A DNA stretch of 64,000 nucleotides, taken from positions 41,036-105,035 of the forward strand of contig CASDJM010000001.1 of assembly GCA_949280815.1 (NCBI GenBank). The letters are read 5' to 3'. The first letter of the stretch is position 1. Every line of letters begins with the position of its first letter. The translations under genes were made by a program, and so were the position numbers. The notes beneath the pieces are model-generated. The model was not told the origin of the DNA, made no database searches, and saw only the letters and a program-made list of their open reading frames with translations. This document shows positions 44,258 through 55,025 of this stretch, piece by piece. The stretch is from an uncultured Clostridia bacterium. GTDB lineage: Bacteria > Bacillota > Clostridia > TANB77 > CAG-508.

Positions 44258-45637
44258 TTACATTGTCAAAGTTCCATTTGGTGTATTAGTTATAATCAAA
44301 ATATCTTCTTCTCTACCATTTTCGCTATTTATATATACCAAGAATCCTCTATCCTCCACTTTACCCTTAAATTCATAGCACAAAATCTCGCTCTGCCATT
44401 CTGTTGGAATAACCGCTAACCCTTCACTCTCAATCTGCAAATCTTTATTTAAAGATTTTTTTGCTTCCTCTTGTGTAATTTTAACTTTTGATACATCTCT
44501 TTGGGTATGATTATTTAGATATCCAGTTGTCTCAATTCCTAAAACTTCACCATTATCTAAAGCTACTTTTACTTTGATTAAATCTGGATACATTACAACA
44601 TCTTCTTGTGTTGCAGCATAATTAATAGTAACAATTCCTTCTTGTTTTAGATAATATGTCTCTCGCATATTTTTAAAACCTTTGCTTTCTAAATATTCTT
44701 TTCCTTTACTGTTCGCTTCTTCTTGTGAAATAACTTCTGAATTTACTGCTCTGTTACTATTCATATAAATAATATGTCCACCCTTTTTACTAACAGACAC
44801 ATTAATCGTTTCATCATTATGATTTGTAATAGAAAAATCGTAAACTGGAATACTTGCATTTTCTGAGAAACCTAAATTTGATGTTTCTTTTATCTCATCT
44901 TTACCTACAAAATTCTCTGCTATTTGTTTGGCTTGCTCTTCTTCAATATCATCACCTGTTAAACCCTTTTTCTCATTATTTGTCAAATGTTCAGAAAAAG
45001 CACCATCATAAATCAAACCTGAATATTCATGAAAATTCTCTTCTAAATTACTAAAACTCTCTTTTGAAATATTATCCACCTGTTGAGCAAAAGCAACTGT
45101 TCCTTTCTTTGTCAATTCTCCCCAAGAAAATCTTCCTGTATTCAAATCATCAGATAATTGACTCAATGTATTTTCTAATTCCACACTATAAGAATGTAAC
45201 TCTTTTAAATTCTTTAAATCTTCATCTGTTAAATTTTCATTATAAATATTTTTTCTGGATAAAGAATAACTATAATCGCTTACTTGATTTAAAAACTTCT
45301 CCGTATTCTCTAGCTCCTGACTCTCAATTGGAAGTTGTGCCAAATAACTTTGTGCCAAATTTGCCTCTCGCCACAAATTTGTTAAAGTCTCTGCACCATG
45401 TTCTGAAGTTGATGAAATCAAAGATTTTGCCAAGTAGGTTTCCACATTTTGTACATAATCTACTAATTCATAAAAAGCCATATTATAGCTATTTTCAGAA
45501 GCTTGCCTATACTCTCGCTGTTTAGAATACAATATAATTCCTAATGCTATTATAACAATCAATAACACACAAATCACACTTAACATATGTCCTTTTTTTA
45601 ATCTTTCTTTCCAATCCTGTAATTTATTCATAACCAC
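44258..45637 (-). CDS. ypeB: Germination protein YpeB
   Basis: N-terminal TM, PepSY-like C-terminal region, and synteny immediately downstream of sleB. Confidence 0.7.
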   Translation of the reverse strand: MVMNKLQDWKERLKKGHMLSVICVLLIVIIALGIILYSKQREYRQASENSYNMAFYELVDYVQNVETYLAKSLISSTSEHGAETLTNLWREANLAQSYLAQLPIESQELENTEKFLNQVSDYSYSLSRKNIYNENLTDEDLKNLKELHSYSVELENTLSQLSDDLNTGRFSWGELTKKGTVAFAQQVDNISKESFSNLEENFHEYSGLIYDGAFSEHLTNNEKKGLTGDDIEEEQAKQIAENFVGKDEIKETSNLGFSENASIPVYDFSITNHNDETINVSVSKKGGHIIYMNSNRAVNSEVISQEEANSKGKEYLESKGFKNMRETYYLKQEGIVTINYAATQEDVVMYPDLIKVKVALDNGEVLGIETTGYLNNHTQRDVSKVKITQEEAKKSLNKDLQIESEGLAVIPTEWQSEILCYEFKGKVEDRGFLVYINSENGREEDILIITNTPNGTLTM

Positions 45638-45747
45638 TCTCCCTTAAGATGATTTTGGGGATGGAGGAAAAAATCATCCTAATTTTTTATTTTTAATTTT
45701 TAATTTCAGATGATTTTTTCCTCTGTCCCTAAAATCATCCTTCATTA

Positions 45748-46224
45748 CTATTTACAAAAACGATGTTTTCCAATTGTTTTTACTAATGGTCTTGACCAAA
45801 TCCATTTATTAGTTGCTGTCGCTGGATTAAAGTAATAGATACATCCACCTGTTGGATCCCAACCATTTTTGGCATCCTGTGCTGCTTTATATACAGTTGA
45901 CCCTTCACTAATTGGGCTATTTATTTGTCCATCCGCTACTGCCGTAAATGCTCCTGATTGATAAATAACTCCTGCTATGGTGTTAGGAAATTGAGAACTT
46001 TTTACTCGATTTAAAATAACAGCACCAACAGCTACTTGTCCTTCATAGGGTTCCCCTCTTGCTTCTCCATTGATTGCTCTTGCCATCAATTGCATGTCTG
46101 AAGTTCCTGACGATGCAGCATAACTAACATTACTCTCTTCCATATCACTTGTTATAAAAATAAGAGATATAATGATGACTAGTAGTATTAAAATAACTCC
46201 TATTATTTTGATTACATTTCTCAA
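45748..46224 (-). CDS. sleB: Spore cortex-lytic enzyme SleB-family cell wall hydrolase
   Basis: AINGEARGEPYEGQVAVGAVILNRV...GGCIYYFNP hydrolase_2 motifs. Confidence 0.75.
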   Translation of the reverse strand: MRNVIKIIGVILILLVIIISLIFITSDMEESNVSYAASSGTSDMQLMARAINGEARGEPYEGQVAVGAVILNRVKSSQFPNTIAGVIYQSGAFTAVADGQINSPISEGSTVYKAAQDAKNGWDPTGGCIYYFNPATATNKWIWSRPLVKTIGKHRFCK

Positions 46225-46364
46225 AAAATCACCTTTTTCTTTTTCAAAATTTTACTAACTAATATTATTTTGCATTTTTATAAAAAAAATATTCCATTTT
46301 TTGAAATTTTATTTTTTTATGATATAATAAATACATTATTATTAATTTTAAGAAAGGATTTTCT

Positions 46365-47489
46365 ATGAATATTTTAATTTTTTATGCTTCTTATGGTGGT
46401 GGTCACTTAAATGCTGCCAAATCCATCCATGAATATATCCAAAATCATTACAAAGACAATAATATGGAATTAATTGATTGTATGAAATATGTGAATAAAA
46501 CAGTTGAAAAAGTCACAACAGCTGCTTATAGAGAAGCTGCTAAAAAGGCACCTTGGGTTTGGGGACGAATTTACAGCGACTCTCAAAAAGGACCTTTAGC
46601 ACATCTTTCTACAAGGTCTAATAAAATTATGGCAATTAAATTATTAAGATTATTACGAGAAAAAAAGCCAGATTTAATTATTTCTACTCATCCTTTTAGC
46701 AGTCAGATGTGTAGCTATTTAAAAAGGAAAGGAAAAATAACAGCGAAAATTGCAACAATTATGACTGACTTTGCCCCACATGATCAATGGCTTGTTGGCA
46801 GTAATTTTACCGATTATTTTTTTGTTGCCAATGATAAAATGAAAGATTATTTAATTTCTACTAAAATTCCAAGTAACAAGGTTTTTGTAACCGGAATCCC
46901 CCTATCTAACCGCTTTTTGCAAAAATATGATAGGAAAGAAATCTTAGATACTTATCAATTAGAAAACGGAAAAAGAACCATATTATTTTTCGGTGGAGGA
47001 GAATTTGGTTTAGGGAAATCCAGAACTTTTGATATATTTGACAGCCTAATTCAAACCAGTGAAGATATTCAAATAATTGCTATTGCTGGTAAAAATGAAA
47101 AAATGAAAGCTAAATTTAATGAAATAGTAGAAAAAAATAAAGCTTCCGAACGTGTTAAAGTACTTAGTTTCACAAACCAAGTTCCAGAACTTATGAGTAT
47201 TTCTGATTTAGTGGTAACTAAACCTGGTGGTATGACAACAACAGAAAGTCTAGCTTCTGGATTACCAATGATTATTATTAATCCTATTCCTGGGCAAGAG
47301 GAAGAAAATGCTGAATTTTTAGAAAACAAAGGAGTCGGTATTTGGCTTAAGAAAAATGATAATGTTTCTGAGGTTTTTAATGACTTATTTTCTCATCCTA
47401 ATAAATTAAATGAAATGAAAAAAAACACTTTACTAATAGGACATCCAAATGCAACAAATATTATTTGTGATGTATTATTAAAAAGCTAA
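46365..47489 (+). CDS. UgtP-like diacylglycerol glycosyltransferase (MGDG synthase N-terminal domain plus GT28 C-terminal domain)
   Basis: ILIFYASYGGGHLNAAKSI...FFGGGEFG...TKPGGMTTTESLASGLPMII. Confidence 0.7.
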   Translation: MNILIFYASYGGGHLNAAKSIHEYIQNHYKDNNMELIDCMKYVNKTVEKVTTAAYREAAKKAPWVWGRIYSDSQKGPLAHLSTRSNKIMAIKLLRLLREKKPDLIISTHPFSSQMCSYLKRKGKITAKIATIMTDFAPHDQWLVGSNFTDYFFVANDKMKDYLISTKIPSNKVFVTGIPLSNRFLQKYDRKEILDTYQLENGKRTILFFGGGEFGLGKSRTFDIFDSLIQTSEDIQIIAIAGKNEKMKAKFNEIVEKNKASERVKVLSFTNQVPELMSISDLVVTKPGGMTTTESLASGLPMIIINPIPGQEEENAEFLENKGVGIWLKKNDNVSEVFNDLFSHPNKLNEMKKNTLLIGHPNATNIICDVLLKS

Positions 47490-47595
47490 ATGGTTTTCTA
47501 ATCATCTAGCTTTTTGATAATCTGTTTTATAATTATTCGAATTTTGTTCTATTTCGTATTAATTCCTTTATACTTATTGGATTTTATGTTACTTT

Positions 47596-48195
47596 TTATA
47601 ATTCTCTTCTTCCTTCTAAAGCTTTCGTCAATGTTATTTCATCTGTATATTCTAAATCTCCACCAACTGGAATTCCATGAGCAATTCTCGTCACAGTAAT
47701 TCCTAATGGCTTAATCAATTTAGATAAATACATCGCTGTAGCTTCTCCCTCTACCCTTGGATTGGTAGCTAATATAACTTCCTTAACTTGTCCTTCCATT
47801 AATCTTGCTAAAAGTTCTTTAATCTTAATATCATCTGGACCAATTCCATTCATAGGGGAAATAGAACCATGTAAAACATGATAAACACCTTTAAATTCAT
47901 GTGTCTTTTCCATTGCTATAATATCTCTTACATCCTCTACTACACATATAATAGAACTATCTCTTTTTGGATTACCACAAATAGAACATGGATCTGTGTC
48001 TGAAATATTGTAACACTTACCACAATACTTTAAATTTTTCTTAGCATTTACAATGGAAGAAATAAATTCATTTGTTTCTTCCTCAGAACTATTTAAAATA
48101 TAAAAAGCAAGCCTTGCGGCAGTCTTATGCCCAATGCTTGGCAATCTTTCAAAACTTTCTATTAGTTTTTCAATCGATGGTGAATATAATGACAT
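47596..48195 (-). CDS. recR: Recombination protein RecR
   Basis: [15 protein letters not shown]4 zinc finger [16 protein letters not shown], Toprim domain. Confidence 0.9.
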   Translation of the reverse strand: MSLYSPSIEKLIESFERLPSIGHKTAARLAFYILNSSEEETNEFISSIVNAKKNLKYCGKCYNISDTDPCSICGNPKRDSSIICVVEDVRDIIAMEKTHEFKGVYHVLHGSISPMNGIGPDDIKIKELLARLMEGQVKEVILATNPRVEGEATAMYLSKLIKPLGITVTRIAHGIPVGGDLEYTDEITLTKALEGRREL

Positions 48196-48196
48196 T

Positions 48197-48541
48197 TTAC
48201 ATCAACCCCGGTATATTAAATTTTCCTAGTTGTGCTGCTTGTTCACTATCTACTTTTCTTAACGCTTCATTAACACATGTTAAAATTAAATCTTCTAGCA
48301 TTTCTACATCTTCTGGGTCTACTACCTCTGGTTTTATTTTTAACTCTTTAAGTACTTTTTCCCCAGAAACTTTCGCTGTCACAGCTCCTCCACCAGCTGA
48401 TGCCTCAAATTCTTTAGTTGCTAACTCTGCTTGTGATTTTTCCATATCAGCTTGCATTTTTTTTGCTTCCTTCATCAAGCTATTAATATTCATTCCTCCG
48501 AATCCTCCCATACCTCCTGGGAATCCACCTCTTTTACTCAT
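48197..48541 (-). CDS. ybaB: Nucleoid-associated protein YbaB/EbfC
   Basis: Likely start [30 protein letters not shown] with RBS AAGGAGA. Confidence 0.85.
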   Translation of the reverse strand: MSKRGGFPGGMGGFGGMNINSLMKEAKKMQADMEKSQAELATKEFEASAGGGAVTAKVSGEKVLKELKIKPEVVDPEDVEMLEDLILTCVNEALRKVDSEQAAQLGKFNIPGLM

Positions 48542-48603
48542 TCTAAAATCTCCTTCCTTTTTTATACTGCTTTGTTTCATATCTTTTAAGTTTAATTATA
48601 TTA

Positions 48604-48683
48604 TTTTTGCAACACCGCGTAAACGACCAGCTAACGCATACTGCTACTGTAACAAGCAAAGCTTTAACAGTGGACAGCAAAAC
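48604..48683. repeat. Conserved 80-nt structured element, copy 1 (ybaB-dnaX intergenic); a possible small RNA or intra-operon RNA element
   Basis: 75 of 80 identical to 56861..56940; closing helix UUUUGC...GCAAAA and internal stem CUACUGU/ACAGUGG. Confidence 0.5.
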
Positions 48684-48783
48684 GAGCGATAACGCGAGTG
48701 CGATTAGAGCAACCAATCAATTTAAGATTCATGGAGGTTGCGAAAAAAAATAATATAATTAAACTTTATAAAAAAATTAAAAT

Positions 48784-50448
48784 TTACTCAATAATATGAA
48801 ATGGTATATCTGATTCATTTGCAAAATTCTGTAAACTTTCCTCACTTGTCATTTGATGTGTCTGCTGTGCATCTGACGTCAAATACTTAATTTGCATTTC
48901 CTTACCACAAGCCATCGAAACCAAATTTGAAATCTCCCTAATATTCTCTTGTTTCTCTAGCACAGTCTTTCCAAAAGAAGACATGCCATTCGGAAACTCA
49001 ATACCAACTGTCATATCATTTAATTCCTTTGCTGCTGTCCCTATCAAATTGGTATATAAAACAATCTTTCCGCTTTGTTTCAAATCATTTACAATTTGTG
49101 GCCAATATTCCTCTGACTTATTAGAAAACTTCTTAGTTGTTGTAGCTGAATGACTCTTAATTTTAGAAGAAACTTGACTGGTAGTAGATGTCCCTAAATT
49201 AGCTGGTCTCACAGCACTAACATTATTAGTATCTCTTTGTCCAATTTGTGCTACACTACTCATACTAGACTGCCCTGCCTGATTTATATTGGATGCAACC
49301 ATTCCTTTTCCTGATTTCAAATATTTCTCAATTTTAGCTACTCTCTCCTCTATTTCACTACTGATATCAGTTTTTTGGTTACATAATTTAATTATACCTG
49401 CCTGAAACATGATTGTTTTTTGTGTTGACCATTTTATGTTACTTTCTAACTCTGATAATTGATAGACTAAGTCTACCAATTTATTTTTAGACACTGTTTC
49501 AGAAATGCTTTTAATAACATCTAGTTCTTTTTCACTATATAATTCTAACTTACCAGTTGCTTGATAAACCAAGACATCCTTCACATATTTTATCATTTCC
49601 CAAATAAAATAATTGATATCTTTTCCCTCTTTTAAAACAGAATCAACATTTTCTAATGCCTTAATTACATTATATTCCAAAATAGCTTGTATGATACCAT
49701 TTACAAAAGTAACTTTTGGAATTCCTACCAAATCTTTTATTTTATCCTCATCAATTTTGTTTTCGCCATCTTGCACACACCTTTCTAGAATAGACAAACT
49801 GTCTCTCATAGCACCTTCTGATAAAGTGGCAATAATAGCTAATGCTCCTTCGGTCGCTTCTATCTTGCTTTCGTTACATACGATTTCTAACCTTTTAATA
49901 ATATTCTCATTGGCAATTCTCTTAAAATCAAATCGTTGACATCTTGATAAAATGGTCGCTGGCAATTTTTGTGGCTCTGTCGTCGCTAATATGAATTTGA
50001 CATGTTCTGGCGGCTCTTCCAATGTTTTTAACAAAGCATTAAAAGCACCTGTTGAAAGCATATGTACCTCATCTATAATATATACTCTATATTTTGCTTT
50101 GGTTGGCAAAAAATTAACTTCTTCACGAATACTTCTAATATCTTCTACACTATTATTAGAAGCCGCATCCATTTCTACAATATCTGTTAAAGAACCAGAA
50201 ATAGCACCTTTACAAATTTCACACTCATTGCATGGCTCTCCGTCTTGCGGATTCAAGCAATTAATCGCTCTTGCTAATACTTTAGCTGCTGTTGTCTTTC
50301 CCGTTCCTCTTCCACCATTAAATAAATAAGCATGCCCCACACGGTCAGATGTTATTTGATTTTTTAGTGTTTTTGTTATATGTTCTTGCCCCACCATTTC
50401 AGAAAATGTTATTGGTCTAAATTTTCGATAAAGAGCTGTGTACCCCAT
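48784..50448 (-). CDS. dnaX: DNA polymerase III subunit tau/gamma
   Basis: HAYLFNGGRGTGKTTAAKVLA...zinc module CNECEIC. Confidence 0.9.
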   Translation of the reverse strand: MGYTALYRKFRPITFSEMVGQEHITKTLKNQITSDRVGHAYLFNGGRGTGKTTAAKVLARAINCLNPQDGEPCNECEICKGAISGSLTDIVEMDAASNNSVEDIRSIREEVNFLPTKAKYRVYIIDEVHMLSTGAFNALLKTLEEPPEHVKFILATTEPQKLPATILSRCQRFDFKRIANENIIKRLEIVCNESKIEATEGALAIIATLSEGAMRDSLSILERCVQDGENKIDEDKIKDLVGIPKVTFVNGIIQAILEYNVIKALENVDSVLKEGKDINYFIWEMIKYVKDVLVYQATGKLELYSEKELDVIKSISETVSKNKLVDLVYQLSELESNIKWSTQKTIMFQAGIIKLCNQKTDISSEIEERVAKIEKYLKSGKGMVASNINQAGQSSMSSVAQIGQRDTNNVSAVRPANLGTSTTSQVSSKIKSHSATTTKKFSNKSEEYWPQIVNDLKQSGKIVLYTNLIGTAAKELNDMTVGIEFPNGMSSFGKTVLEKQENIREISNLVSMACGKEMQIKYLTSDAQQTHQMTSEESLQNFANESDIPFHIIE

Positions 50449-50467
50449 AATTTCACATCCTCTTACT

Positions 50468-50608
50468 AAAAAAATGATTGTTCACTCAATCTCTCTATGG
50501 AAAGACTCCACATAAAGAAATCTACTTATTGCTGCTTCCTTCCGGACCTGACAAGATTCATAGGTCTTTATTGGATTCTCTCCATACAAAGATTAAGCTC
50601 ACAACCAT
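50468..50608 (-). ncRNA. ffs: Signal recognition particle RNA (short 4.5S/scRNA form) directly upstream of dnaX
   Basis: Minus-strand domain IV motif GUCAGGUCCGGAAGGAAGCAGC; flanking helix GUAUGGAGAG/CUUUCCAUAG; promoter TTGATA-17-TATAAT just upstream; 3' stem-loop followed by a U-run. Confidence 0.75.
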
Positions 50609-50651
50609 TTGTATTATATACTGAATTTCTAATTTTATCAAGTAATTTATA

Positions 50652-51404
50652 CTAATTATTCACTCTTTTAAAAATAAATTTCTTAAGATCCGTTATTTCC
50701 CTAGATGTTGTCCCATTCTCGATAACATTATCAACTGGAAAATCCAGCCCAATTGTTGTCTTATATTCTTTTTTTTCTTCTAACTTAATGATTAAATCAA
50801 AAGTCAATTTTATTTCCAAATCTTCTTGCTCAATTCCTGCTTTTTTTAATAATTCATGATGATTAATTTCCTCATCATTTGAAGTATAATTTGTCAAATT
50901 GTCATTGGAACATCTAAAAGCTATAATTCCTCCCTGATTTGAAATTTTTTGTTGTTTTAAATTTGATTCCATATCTCCAGTGTATTTAATACTTTCAACA
51001 ATATTCTCCTCTTTATTTTTAAACACTAACTTTTCTTCTTGTTCATCTGGCTTATAAATCTTTATATTCTCTTTTTTCTTTCCCTCAATTTGTATATTAT
51101 TAACCTCCACAGATTTAATTGCCTCTGTTTTACCATACCCATCATTTTTATCGATATACAAAAATATATCATTACTTTGATAAACATCAAATGCCCATCT
51201 TGTATCGATAACCTTTTGATCGATTCCCTCAGAAGAGCTAATGACCGATATTTTTGATAATTGAAAAGGCATATTCGTTTCTCCCTCTACACTATATTTT
51301 AACCAAATAATGCCAAAAACAAACAAAAACATAGCAAAAATTATAATGATTACGATTATATGAAAATATTTCTTTCTTGTTATATCTCTTAACTTTCTTA
51401 TCAT
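50652..51404 (-). CDS. hypothetical membrane-anchored protein (250 aa)
   Basis: N-terminal TM YFHIIVIIIIFAMFLFVFGIIWL. Confidence 0.45.
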   Translation of the reverse strand: MIRKLRDITRKKYFHIIVIIIIFAMFLFVFGIIWLKYSVEGETNMPFQLSKISVISSSEGIDQKVIDTRWAFDVYQSNDIFLYIDKNDGYGKTEAIKSVEVNNIQIEGKKKENIKIYKPDEQEEKLVFKNKEENIVESIKYTGDMESNLKQQKISNQGGIIAFRCSNDNLTNYTSNDEEINHHELLKKAGIEQEDLEIKLTFDLIIKLEEKKEYKTTIGLDFPVDNVIENGTTSREITDLKKFIFKRVNN

Positions 51405-51446
51405 TTTTCCTCCTTAGAGACATTTTGGTGTCGTATTGAGAATTTC

Positions 51447-51941
51447 TTAGCTATTTGAGCATTTCTTCATCTCTCTTAACTGTTTAAAAAACTCCTTTAA
51501 TTCTCTCTCACATCTTTCCTTTTCAATTCCTGTCTCTATTTCGACTTTATGATTAAAGGGATAATCTTGCAATAAGTTTAAAACAGAGCCACATGCACCT
51601 GTCTTTTCGTCCATTGCTCCAATATACACTTTCTTAATTCTTGACTGTATTATTGCACCAGCACACATAGAACACGGCTCTAATGTAACGTACATTTCAC
51701 AATCTAGCAACCTCCAAGCTTCTAATTTTTTACTAGCTTTTTGGATAGCTATAATTTCTGCATGTTTAGTAGTGTCTGTTTTTGTTTCTTTTTGATTGTG
51801 TGCTCTTGCTATTATTTTTCCATTTTTTACAATAACACATCCTACTGGTACTTCTAATTTATTGGCTGCTTTTTTAGCTTCTTTTAATGCTTCTTGCATA
51901 AATTTTTCTTTTAGCATATTATTCTTCTTTCTTTTTAGCAA
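51447..51941 (-). CDS. tadA: tRNA-specific adenosine deaminase TadA
   Basis: HAEIIAIQKA ... PCSMCAGAI deaminase zinc motifs. Confidence 0.85.
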   Translation of the reverse strand: MLKRKKNNMLKEKFMQEALKEAKKAANKLEVPVGCVIVKNGKIIARAHNQKETKTDTTKHAEIIAIQKASKKLEAWRLLDCEMYVTLEPCSMCAGAIIQSRIKKVYIGAMDEKTGACGSVLNLLQDYPFNHKVEIETGIEKERCERELKEFFKQLREMKKCSNS

Positions 51942-51957
51942 TTATTTTTGAATGTTT

Positions 51958-52032
51958 TGGTGTGCCCAGGTGGACTCGAACCACCATCGATTGCTTAGGA
52001 GGCAACTGTTCTATCCTGTTGAACTATGAGCA
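51958..52032 (-). tRNA. tRNA-Arg (anticodon CCU)
   Basis: Cloverleaf found by hand: 7-bp acceptor stem GUGCUCA/UGGGCAC, anticodon loop CUCCUAA, T-arm GGTTCGAGTCC, 3' CCA encoded. Confidence 0.75.
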
Positions 52033-52577
52033 CATATCAAATATTTAATACCCACATATTACACTATATTTATACTTTTGTCAACGAAGACATTTATTTA
52101 AGTTCCAGTGTTTTTTATAACTTTCATATTTAGAAGGGAACAAAAAACACTAAACTTAAAAGACATTTATCAATCTTGCTCCTCATAACATCCTTTTCCA
52201 TGGATAAAACCCAACAAATATATCTTTTTGACGCACTCTTTCTGATTTTTTATCATTTCTAATTCCTCTTTTGTAAATAAGTCCTTATTTTCTTGTATTC
52301 TATCCTTTATAAAATCATCTAATCTTATATCTTTCATAAAGAAAAAACCTTCTTTCGTATAAAAATCATTTGACTTTCACACTCAAAAAAGTTATACTAA
52401 CCATGTACATACTTTTGAGTGTGTGTGCTTTAAAGAGATAGCAAGGTTTAGCGGTCTAGCTGTCTCTTTGTTTTGTATTATACTATATATCATAATGAAA
52501 AACAAAACCCGTTTTCGACAAAAAAATCCGCAATGCCTTGTAAACACTACGAATTTTTTTCAAAAGTTTTTTGATAC

Positions 52578-52931
52578 TTATAATTTCAACGAAATTCTAT
52601 TTCGCAAGCCGTGCCAAGCATTCCCACTGATATATTTTAAACTCTCTGAATTTAATAGGTCGTTCTCTTTAGCATAACAATTCCATTCCTTAATAGTAGG
52701 AAATTTTATAAAATCGCTTGCCATTTTTCTTAAACATTTAACAGATTCTAAATATTTAATATTCATTACATTATCTTTGTGATATTGTCTTTCATTTTGA
52801 TAATAAAAATTGACTAATTGATTGTATCTGTCACTTATTTTTCTTGTTTTTTCTGAATCTAAACCGTATATTTCTATACTTTCATGTAATCTTTCTCTTA
52901 ATTTTTCAAAATCACTTATCATTTGTATCAA
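52578..52931 (-). CDS. Spo0E-family sporulation regulatory protein (N-terminal Spo0E-like domain with a C-terminal extension)
   Basis: MISDFEKLRERLHESIEIYGLDSEKTRKISDRYNQLVNFYY. Confidence 0.5.
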   Translation of the reverse strand: MIQMISDFEKLRERLHESIEIYGLDSEKTRKISDRYNQLVNFYYQNERQYHKDNVMNIKYLESVKCLRKMASDFIKFPTIKEWNCYAKENDLLNSESLKYISGNAWHGLRNRISLKL

Positions 52932-53388
52932 CCAACCTTACTGTTCTTTTTTACCACATTATTGTATAAAATGGTACATACTATAGCTATTAATATATTC
53001 GTTCTCTAACATTATCAATTCATAAATTTATACATATTTCTACATTTTTCTCTTTTTGCCATTGTATATCGTTATTGAACTTTTAGTATAAAAAAATTTT
53101 TGACCGATTCTCTTAATTGTTTTACTATACGTTATCACTATTCCTTTTCGCATTTTACCACCTCCAAGTTTTTTGTTTCTAAACTTATTATAGTATATTA
53201 CTATTGAACTGTCAATAATATTTCAACAAAAAGTTTTTAATTTTTGAACTTTTCTAAGAATCCTAAGAAAAAATTTTAAAGCCGTTTACTTTTAATGAAC
53301 ATTGTGATATAATATTTTAAGCAAATCAATAAAGGATTCTTACTATTTTAAACTGTATTTATCCCCTTAGAAAGGAACACTATTAACT

Positions 53389-53766
53389 ATGGAAATAGAT
53401 AAAATTATGATAGGAAATCGAATAAAAATACTCCGCAAAGAATTCAAATTAACCCAAGAAGAATTAGCTTTAAAGCTAGGTTTAAAAGGAAAATCTAGTA
53501 TTGCTAATTATGAAAAAGGTACCATAAGTCCTAGTGATGATATAAAACTACAAATGTCAAAATTATTCAATTGCTCTATCGATTATTTAATGGGTGTTTC
53601 TGATGTGCGCAATTCACAAGAAATTAATTTAGATAAATTAGATATTGCATTTGCTACTGGTATAAAAGGCTTAAATAAAGAAAATCAAAAAATTGCTAAA
53701 GATATTATAGAAGGTTTGCTCGCAAAACAAAAAAATGAGGAAAATAAAAAGGAGACTAATAATTAA
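53389..53766 (+). CDS. XRE-family HTH transcriptional regulator
   Basis: IGNRIKILRKEFKLTQEELALKLGLKGKSSIANYEKG. Confidence 0.8.
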   Translation: MEIDKIMIGNRIKILRKEFKLTQEELALKLGLKGKSSIANYEKGTISPSDDIKLQMSKLFNCSIDYLMGVSDVRNSQEINLDKLDIAFATGIKGLNKENQKIAKDIIEGLLAKQKNEENKKETNN

Positions 53767-53773
53767 TTAAAAG

Positions 53774-54190
53774 ATGGACCCAACTGAATTATATAAAATG
53801 ATGGAAGATGAAAACATTAATTATATAAATCATGACTTGTTCTCTACAAGTGGAATGATAGCTCATTATGAAGATATAACTGCCATTATAGTAGATGACA
53901 AAAAAGTTAAAGGACAAGTTGCAGAAAATACCGTCTTAATACAGGAATTAGGACATTACATGTCAGGTGCATACTATCGCACGAACAGTCCCTATGAGTT
54001 AATAGAAAAAATGGAACATAAAGCAGATAAAAAAGCTTGGGAGGAATTTTTCCCTTATGAAGAAATCAAAGAGCTCATGAAAAAAGGATTAACAACTGTA
54101 ACACAACTAGCCGAATATTATGATGTAGAAGCTCCCTATATGGCTAGATGTATTAATTATTACTATAATCAATATCATGGTTTTGATTAA
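53774..54190 (+). CDS. Hypothetical protein adjacent to the XRE regulator (possibly a degenerate ImmA/IrrE-like protein)
   Basis: IQELGHY resembles HEXXH but lacks the first His. Confidence 0.4.
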   Translation: MDPTELYKMMEDENINYINHDLFSTSGMIAHYEDITAIIVDDKKVKGQVAENTVLIQELGHYMSGAYYRTNSPYELIEKMEHKADKKAWEEFFPYEEIKELMKKGLTTVTQLAEYYDVEAPYMARCINYYYNQYHGFD

Positions 54191-54263
54191 AAACTATATC
54201 AATTTTACGAAAAAATTATATTACACTAAATGGTAAATTTGTTATTTAAAATAGGAGATAAAA

Positions 54264-54971
54264 ATGCAAAGAATATTGAGTCATTTAAGAAAAGCAATTG
54301 AAGAATATAAAATGATAGAAGAAGGAGATAAAATTGCTGTATGCTTATCAGGAGGTAAAGACTCTATTACAATGTTACATGCTCTAAAAGCATTACAAAG
54401 ATTTTATCCTAAAAAATTTGAATTAATAGCAGTTAGTATCAATCCAGGATTTGAATTTTTTGATATTGAATTTTTACAGGAAATTTGTGATTCTCTAGAA
54501 ATCCCATTATTTATTGAAAAAAGTAATGCCAAAGAAATTGTATTTGATATTAGAAAAGAAAAAAATCCATGTTCACTATGTGCTAATTTGCGTAGGGGTG
54601 TAATCAATTCCATTGCAATTCGAGAAAGATGTAACAAAATTTCCTTAGGTCATAATCAAGATGATGTTTTAGAAACTTTTTTACTAAATTTATTATATAC
54701 TGGAAATATTGGTACTTTTTCTCCTGTTAGCTATATGGATCGTTCTAAAATCACTTTAATCAGACCTTTAGTCTATACTCCAGAAAAAGAAATTAGAAGA
54801 TTTGTTCGAAAAAATAATTTATCAGTAATGCCCAAAGTTTGTCCTATGGATGGTACTTCTAAAAGAGAAGACATGAAACAACTAATTTTCACTTTAACCA
54901 AAGACATTCCTATGATTCGTGCTAATTTATTTGGTGCCATTCAAAGAAATTTAGAAGATTGGAAAAAATAA
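54264..54971 (+). CDS. ttcA: tRNA 2-thiocytidine biosynthesis protein TtcA (PP-loop ATPase)
   Basis: PP-loop CLSGGKDS; cysteine motifs CSLCANLRRG and CPMDG. Confidence 0.75.
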   Translation: MQRILSHLRKAIEEYKMIEEGDKIAVCLSGGKDSITMLHALKALQRFYPKKFELIAVSINPGFEFFDIEFLQEICDSLEIPLFIEKSNAKEIVFDIRKEKNPCSLCANLRRGVINSIAIRERCNKISLGHNQDDVLETFLLNLLYTGNIGTFSPVSYMDRSKITLIRPLVYTPEKEIRRFVRKNNLSVMPKVCPMDGTSKREDMKQLIFTLTKDIPMIRANLFGAIQRNLEDWKK

Positions 54972-55025
54972 AAGAGAGAACCTGATGTTTTCCTCCGTCC
55001 CCAAAATCAGGCACCCTCTTTTTTA

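Noticed and set aside
50468-50608. Expectation of a long-form (~270 nt) Bacillus-type scRNA with an Alu domain
   Set aside because: A consensus promoter lies immediately 5' of helix 5 and the neighbouring gene ends at 50652, leaving no room for an Alu domain. It is called as the short 4.5S-like form.
52423-52677. 84-aa plus-strand ORF
   Set aside because: It overlaps the Spo0E-like gene in antisense and has a poor start context. It probably lies in an intergenic or promoter region.
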